Assembly (NCBI GenBank): GCA_001724265.1
Contig: MEDY01000087.1
Location: 1 to 64,000, forward strand
Length of the DNA stretch: 64,000 nucleotides
From: Rhizaria sp. SCN 62-66
Taxonomy: Eukaryota
Direction of reading: 5' to 3'
Shown here: positions 58,101 through 64,000 of the stretch, one piece after another
Numbering within the stretch: the stretch's first letter is position 1
How the letters are laid out: each line of letters opens with the position of its first letter
Notes under the pieces: generated by a model
The model's database searches: none
What the model saw: the letters and a program-made list of their open reading frames with translations, nothing else
What the model was told of the DNA's origin: nothing
Position numbers and translations under genes: made by a program

Positions 58101-58843
58101 CGAAAAAAGGCAAGTTTGCGTACGTACAGCTGGGCTGGCTGCACCGGCACGAGCAGAGCGCGTTCGTGGCGTCGCTGCTGCAGTCGCGCATGAAGACCGC
58201 CCTCGGCAACAATGGCAACGCGAATGCGCACGGCAGCGGCAATAACAAGCAGCAGCAGTCGGGCCGTGGCGGCCGTCGCTCCGACTCGAGCTCGAACGGC
58301 AACAGCGGCTCCAGCGGCTACAAGGGCGGCATCGACCTCACGCTCGACTCGATGGTCTCCCAGTGGTACCGCGGCCATCACCACAACAATAACAACAACC
58401 CCAACAGTCCGCAGTCGTCCGCGGCCGCAACCGCCGGCGCCGAGGCCGTGGTCGCCGTCGCGGTGGACGCGGCGGCGCGGCGCTTCTCGCTCGAGGTGCT
58501 CGAGGCGGGCGCGCTGCCCGCGTGGGTGCGCAGCGTCTACTACGGGGACGAGCCGCTGCGCCACCGCCTTGAGACACCCGCGCCCGACGACAAGGCCACC
58601 GCGATCCGCCGCAGGACGGCCGCGGGGAGGATCACGCTCGCCTTCGCCGCGGTTGGCGAGGGCGTGTGGGACGCGCTGCAGTCCGTCTTCGGCTCCGGCT
58701 CCGGCTCGAGCGGCAACAGTGGCGCCAGCGGGTCGCTGAGACCGGGTTGGTTTGGCTGGCTGGACGGCACGACTGTGCTGATGATGTTTGTGACGATGCT
58801 CGTGCTTGCGATCACGACGCTCAGCGTCGCCGTGCTCAAGTAA
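55108..58843 (+). CDS. DNAJC16-like ER J-domain protein (signal peptide, J domain, thioredoxin-like domain, C-terminal TM); exons 55108-55221, 55432-56564, 56734-58843
   Basis: Hydrophobic leader then DFDPYK|TLGI...IKRAYKRLALQLHPDKN...RRRYDTTG; CxxC in FSDNCPAC; terminal TM VLMMFVTMLVLAITTLSVAVL; two GTACG..CAG introns; ends TAA. Confidence 0.82.
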
Positions 58844-59795
58844 GCGGCGTACAACACAGTGTACGACTGACGGTTCGTGCTGCTGGCGCATGCTTTACGA
58901 TGTGCCTCCGGCCGATATCTTTGGCTATTAAGAGTGAGAATGATTTTTTTATCGATACCTAGTTTTGCTTGATACGTAAGTTATTTTATTCTGGTTTGTT
59001 AAGTTTCGTAATTATTGAACTGTGCAGTCGTGTCGATCACCCGTGTGTTGCGTGATAGATGACCTGCGTTGAATGTGATGCTATGACATTTGATCTTCAG
59101 GTGTCGCTATTTGATGTGCGAATACACGTGCATTTGTCTTTTTTATGCATCTAAAGCTCACAGCAGTATCATTATAGCACATGACGTTATTCGCAGCGAC
59201 TGTTTGCTCTTGTCACTCAGCTATAAATATAGGAAATATAATCGTTCATTGGACGCCTCTCACAGAGTCTGCATAATATAACAGATAACTCTGCTGCAGA
59301 TTGATATTGGGTAGAAATTGTTTCAGTCGAGCTTAGTACTGGTAAGATACAGATGATATGCGTGTTTCGCCACTTGTGCGAAATTTGTCGTTGCTGCTGA
59401 TGGTGATGGGGCTTAACGCGCCGTGATTATTCGAAGACGACGCGCCAGAATCGCATCGTCAATAAGATAGCGGTTGCGATGATCTGTTTTAGTGAAATGG
59501 TTAATGTATGATCACTAAATTATTTTGATGTCTGATGTATCTGTAGTGCTGTACAGATGTTGCCAATCATGAACTCCACATCGGCAGACTTTTGGTTCGG
59601 TGATGAGTATTTCCGCGCTCATCCTACAACACAAAAGACTTCACTGTGTTACATCACTCGATATTCGCATACCGTATTACAACCACTCGCTATTCGTATC
59701 CTTCATATTTCTTACAAACCTATCATTTCTCGCCAACCCCCGATCTCCTCAAACGATCTTCAACACATGTGCTGGGGTCACTCCCTTTAAACAGC

Positions 59796-60423
59796 ATGGA
59801 CGTACGTAACAACAGCGCGCATAAGGCAATCGCATCGCAAGAGAGTGGTTATCGTGTATACTTGTATATAATTTTTGAACATAATTATTCGCAATAGCTT
59901 GCCCTGTTCTTGTCTGCTTCAAATTCATCTCAGATTGCACCTTGCTCTTGTCGCTCTTTCCGTTGCTGCACTGTGTAGGCCCCTGCGCTTGTGAACCCGA
60001 AGCCGTTCCTGGCGAGTCTGGTCGGCAAGGCTACTGTTGTTAAGCTTAAGTGGGGCATGGAGTACCGCGGTATGTCATTTTGCAGCAAGCACCTCGCGCT
60101 GCATTGCGCAATCAATCAAACATGTCTGTCCAGTGCCACACTGATGTTACCGCCATGTGATTCTGCATATAATGAACATCTAACTAACCATGTGGTGCTT
60201 TCTACATAGACTTGTGCTTGCAGATGTTTTATCTCACTTGTTTATCAACAACTTGTTTTTTTCCCACTTCCTTTCAGGCTTCCTGGTCTCTATCGACCCC
60301 TACATGAACCTGTACCTCAACGCCACTGAGGAGTGGAGCAACGGCAAGATGCAGGCCGAGCTGGGTCAGACCCTTATCCGCTGCAACAATGTGCTCTACG
60401 TCACCGCTGCCGAGGGTCAGTGA
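59796..60423 (+). CDS. SNRPF: Small nuclear ribonucleoprotein F (SmF); exons 59796-59801, 59979-60069, 60278-60423
   Basis: [38 protein letters not shown]...[11 protein letters not shown] is the SmF signature; ends TGA. The 6-nt first exon is inferred from an ATGGAC|GTACGT donor. Confidence 0.93.
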
Positions 60424-60767
60424 CCGGTCTTGCTTTGATCCTGTCTGTGAACATGACTGTTTAAAACAGACTGTTTAAAACAATCAATCACTTACTAAAG
60501 CACCACATAACCGGCGTGATATGCAACGTCAGGCCGGTTTTCCTCATAACGAATGTTACTCTAGCAATAAACAAGTACGAAATATGATTACACGTTGAGG
60601 TTGCATCCGCAACTGCCATTTTGAGCTGTTAAAACTGTTATGAAAGGGTTTGTGGTGAAACGTGGTAGCTGTGGAAGTATCCGGATGAGGCCAAAGTGAG
60701 CACAAAACGGATCGCGATAGATATCTGCGAAACAATCGTCAGACGACGTTTAGTGTGAAAATCCGAC

Positions 60768-62039
60768 ATGTCCGACTTGGCAACTCTTTTAAAACATATT
60801 GGTGTTATCAGCAACCTCAACACTGAGGACGCAGTGCTTGATTTCATCCTCAATGGCGTTGACTCCAACAACACCGTCTACGCCGACCGCGACATCGCCG
60901 CCAGCAACGCCGCGCAGCGCCCCGGCCCCTTCAGCCGCTCGCTTGTTGATGCCATGGGGCTTGGCAGCTTTAAGCCCGGCATGTTGTCCGAGGCCGAGAT
61001 CGAAGCCGCGCTCGCGGAGGAGGCCGTGGAGCTGGGGCTCGAGCTTGAGGTGATCCGCAGCATCAAGACGCGTGAGGTCAAGGCGCTCACGCTCGGTACG
61101 TTCATTTTTGAATCAAATCAAAATAATCGGCTTTGTCTTATCTTACATTGTTTCATAGGTTGGCGTCTTGCTTTTATTTGTATGCCTCGCTATGGTATTG
61201 TGATATCTTACTTGTTTTCTTCTTATGAGCGGCGTGCTTTTCCAACACCTTCGATCTCATTTCTCTTGGACCTGCGTCTCTGCCTCTTTATAGCCAACGC
61301 TGAGACCGCCCGCCAGGAGGCCCTCGAGTCTGCCATCGCGGTGTTCACCGCGCTGATCACCGAGTGCCCCGACTACGCCTCCGCGCTGAACAACCGCGCG
61401 CAGGCGCGCCAGCTGCTCGCCATGCACCTCGTCAAGCAGCAGCAGAGCGTCGAGGAGGCCGCCGCCAATGCCGCCGCGGGCCCCGCCACCGCCGCCGCCG
61501 CTGGCGATGAGTCTGCTGAGCCTGCCGCGCCCGCTGTCGCAGTGTTCCCGTCGACGCCCGAGGGTAAGGCGGTGGTGCAGAAGGCGCAGATGCTGCAAGT
61601 GACGGCGCTAAGCGACCTGAACCAGGCCATCATGATCTGCCACAAGCTCTACAACAAGCTCCTCGCGCGCCGCCGCCAGGAGAAGGCCTCCGCCAAGAAC
61701 GCTGACGCGAGCGCTGCCACCTCAAACGGCACTGCAACTGCTACTGCTAACGGTGATGATGTGGACGACAGCGGGTACCGGCCGCCGCGCGCGCTGCTGC
61801 AGGCGCTGTGCCAGCGCGCGGCGCTGCACCGGCTGCGCGGCAACGACGAGCAGGCACTGCTGGACATGCACAAGGCGGCCGAGCTGGGGTCGGCCTGGGC
61901 GCAGCGCGAGCGCGCGGCGATGCACCCCGTCGCGCAGCTCAACAGCGAGATGATGGGCGAGATGCTGCAGATGGCCAACGCGGAGATCGCCAAGGAGAAG
62001 GAGGGCAGGGCCAAGGACGCTCAGGGCAAGGGCGAGTGA
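60768..62039 (+). CDS. TTC36: Tetratricopeptide repeat protein 36-like; exons 60768-61095, 61294-62039
   Basis: YASALNNRAQA, ALSDLNQAI, QALCQRAALHRLRGNDEQALLDMHKAAELGSAWAQ and HPVAQLNSEMMGEML (cf. TTC36 NPYAALCN.ML); 198-nt GTACGT..TAG intron; ends TGA. Confidence 0.78.
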   Translation: MSDLATLLKHIGVISNLNTEDAVLDFILNGVDSNNTVYADRDIAASNAAQRPGPFSRSLVDAMGLGSFKPGMLSEAEIEAALAEEAVELGLELEVIRSIKTREVKALTLGTFIFESNQNNRLCLILHCFIGWRLAFICMPRYGIVISYLFSSYERRAFPTPSISFLLDLRLCLFIANAETARQEALESAIAVFTALITECPDYASALNNRAQARQLLAMHLVKQQQSVEEAAANAAAGPATAAAAGDESAEPAAPAVAVFPSTPEGKAVVQKAQMLQVTALSDLNQAIMICHKLYNKLLARRRQEKASAKNADASAATSNGTATATANGDDVDDSGYRPPRALLQALCQRAALHRLRGNDEQALLDMHKAAELGSAWAQRERAAMHPVAQLNSEMMGEMLQMANAEIAKEKEGRAKDAQGKGE

Positions 62040-62436
62040 GAGCGGTGATAGTCCGTGTTGCGCGTGTGCTGCTAAAACTTGGTGTACTTCTTTATGTATG
62101 AGTGAAAAAAGATGGTCACAAGTCAATAAATTCTCCTCTTTTGTTTTAGTGATTTTATAATGTAAAATAAACTTTGTGGGATGTAAGCTAAGTATTTAGT
62201 AGCATGTCTCGTATTATTCAGATTTTATAACTCAGGACAAGGGAATGTGTAACATGCGAACAATTAATTTAAATCAACAGAGTATATCATCGAAAAAGAA
62301 ATCTTTCACAATCAAAATACGAAATTAGATATATAAAAATATTTTCTATTTCACATATCAGTATCACTAGCAGAACACAAAATTACATCACTGATTTAGG
62401 CACATTTTTCTTTTTAACTCTTTAAAAAGGCGTCAC

Positions 62437-63687
62437 TCACTGCCACGTCGGCCGCTCGACCGCCTTGGCCGCCGCCGCCGTTGTGCCCCCCGCAAGGCCG
62501 CCGGTCTTGGAGCCGTTCATAGCGCCCCACGTAGCCCTGGCCTGCGGACTGGGGTCGATAAGCACTTCGAGCGCGACCTTGAGCTGCGCGTCCGAGAGCG
62601 AGCCTGACGCGCCCGGTGGGTCACACCAACCGCGCGCGCCGCCGCGCGGGGCCGCGCACTGCGAGGGCAGGTACACACCGCGCAGGGGCGCCAGGTCGAC
62701 GGCAACGCGCGACTTCATGTCCTGGAGCGACTCAACGCGTTTGGTCGTGGCGAACGGCACTGGGTGGCGCGCGGGGGCGTCGTGCAGCCACACGCGCCCT
62801 CCGTCGCAGCCGGCCGACGCCGCGCCGCTGCCGATGTGACCGTAACTGTAGCCGTGGGGCGGTTGCGTGTGGCTCGCGCCGGGGAACGTGTTGTAGCTCT
62901 CGCTGCCGCGCGGCGCGTCCTGCGCTGCCGCACCGTTGACGCCGTTGCTGCTGCGGCGGTGGAAGGCTTGTGAGTAGATGTCGGCGAACACCGAGGACGG
63001 CAGCTCGCGCAGCGCGGCCGCCATAGACCCGCCAGTCACGGCGCCAGCCGCGGCGGCGCGGCCGTGGGGCGCTCGGCCGGACTGGCCGCCCTGCTGCTGC
63101 TGTTGCTGCTGTTGCTGTTGAGTAGCCTTCTCGGCAGCGTGCGCGTGCAACACGGCGGCAAGCTGCCGCGTCACCAGCGCGCGCGCCGTCGCCGCCGCAG
63201 GATCGCTGCCGTTGGCGCCGGCGCTAGCGCTACCTCTGGGGTTCGCAGCAGCCAGCCCTGAGTCTGCGAGGCTCGCGCCGGTGGCCTCAGCGCGCCCCGC
63301 GGCCGCGGTCGCAAACACTGTACTGGCGCCGGGGCCAGTGCCCGGCAGCCGCTGCCGCGCCGCGGCGCGACTCGCGGCCGCTGCGTTGGCCTCCGCGCGC
63401 GCCGCCGCCGGAGCCGCAAGCGACGCGACCGAGGTGACGAGCGCGCCGTCCCCGTCGGCAGCCGCGCGCCGCCGGGCCGCCGTGAGCGCCGCCGTCTGCG
63501 TGCGCGCCGTGGCCTCGAGCGCGCGGACCAGCTGCGCGCGCGCGGCCGAGTGCGCCTCGCGGAGAGACATCTCGCGCAGCGCGGCGGCAAAGCGCGTCTT
63601 GTCCGCAAACGTGGACTCGGAGATGATGTCGTCCACGGCCACGGGCGCCGCGGGGTTCACGAAGCCGGGCGGCGGGGCCGACAGGGA

Positions 63688-63719
<32 letters not shown>

Positions 63720-64000
63720 GCGAGACGGCGCCGCCCGACGGAAGCATCGCCGTCGCCGTGGGCGTCCCGCTGAGCGCGGAAGACGCCGCGTTGGAAGGGC
63801 TGGCCGTCGCGGTCGACGTGAGCGACGACGACTCTCTGATTGCGTGCTTGGTCGGCAGCAGCCTGCGTGCGCGCGCGGCGGCGACGGTGAGCGGGAGGTC
63901 GGCCTCAGCGACCGCGGCAGCCGCGGCGGAGGCGCTGGCGGAGCCCCCCGCGAGTGCGGCCCACATGGCGGCCTCGCGGGCGGGTGTGAGCACGCCTGTC
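62437..64000 (-). CDS. 3' part of an Ala/Gly-rich protein of unknown function, truncated by the window edge
   Basis: Open GC-rich frame running from the window end to TGA at 62439-62437, followed by an AT-rich spacer; no recognised domain. Confidence 0.7.

Noticed and set aside
60456-60485. Tandem duplication ACTGTTTAAAACA(G/A) in the SmF 3' UTR as a transposon footprint
   Set aside because: Only a 14-nt local duplication, with no terminal repeats or transposase nearby.
1-64000. CRISPR arrays, tRNA/rRNA genes, transposases or viral genes
   Set aside because: None recognised by eye; the repeats present are coding microsatellites. A covariance-model scan could still find small RNAs I missed, including a suppressor tRNA.

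Overview
Gene-dense, GC-rich nuclear DNA from a probably flagellated microbial eukaryote; the lineage cannot be fixed from this window. GC-rich exons alternate with AT-rich 122-288 nt spliceosomal introns and short spacers. I can model 15 protein genes by hand: a PH-domain PIP-kinase-like protein with degenerate catalytic motifs, a 2-TM Cys-loop protein, a multi-EF-hand protein, FMC1, EF-1beta (internal deletion plus frameshift), a MORN/RSPH10B-like protein, a ~3160 aa class I-type PI3K, a METTL23-like methyltransferase, a giant SHAQKY-Myb protein, LLPH, Sam50, a DNAJC16-like protein, SmF, TTC36 and a partial unknown gene. Main finding: two neighbouring genes (METTL23-like and the giant Myb) are each interrupted by one in-frame TAG with clearly coding sequence continuing in frame, while the other 13 genes all end in TAA (9) or TGA (4). 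This suggests a variant nuclear code in which UAG is a rare sense codon (Gln or Leu), or UAG readthrough; nonsense alleles or base errors are not excluded. Second finding: all 20 modelled coding-region introns start GTAYG, 16 of them GTACG. No rRNA, tRNA, CRISPR or transposon could be supported. Family assignments rest on motif recognition from memory, not database searches.
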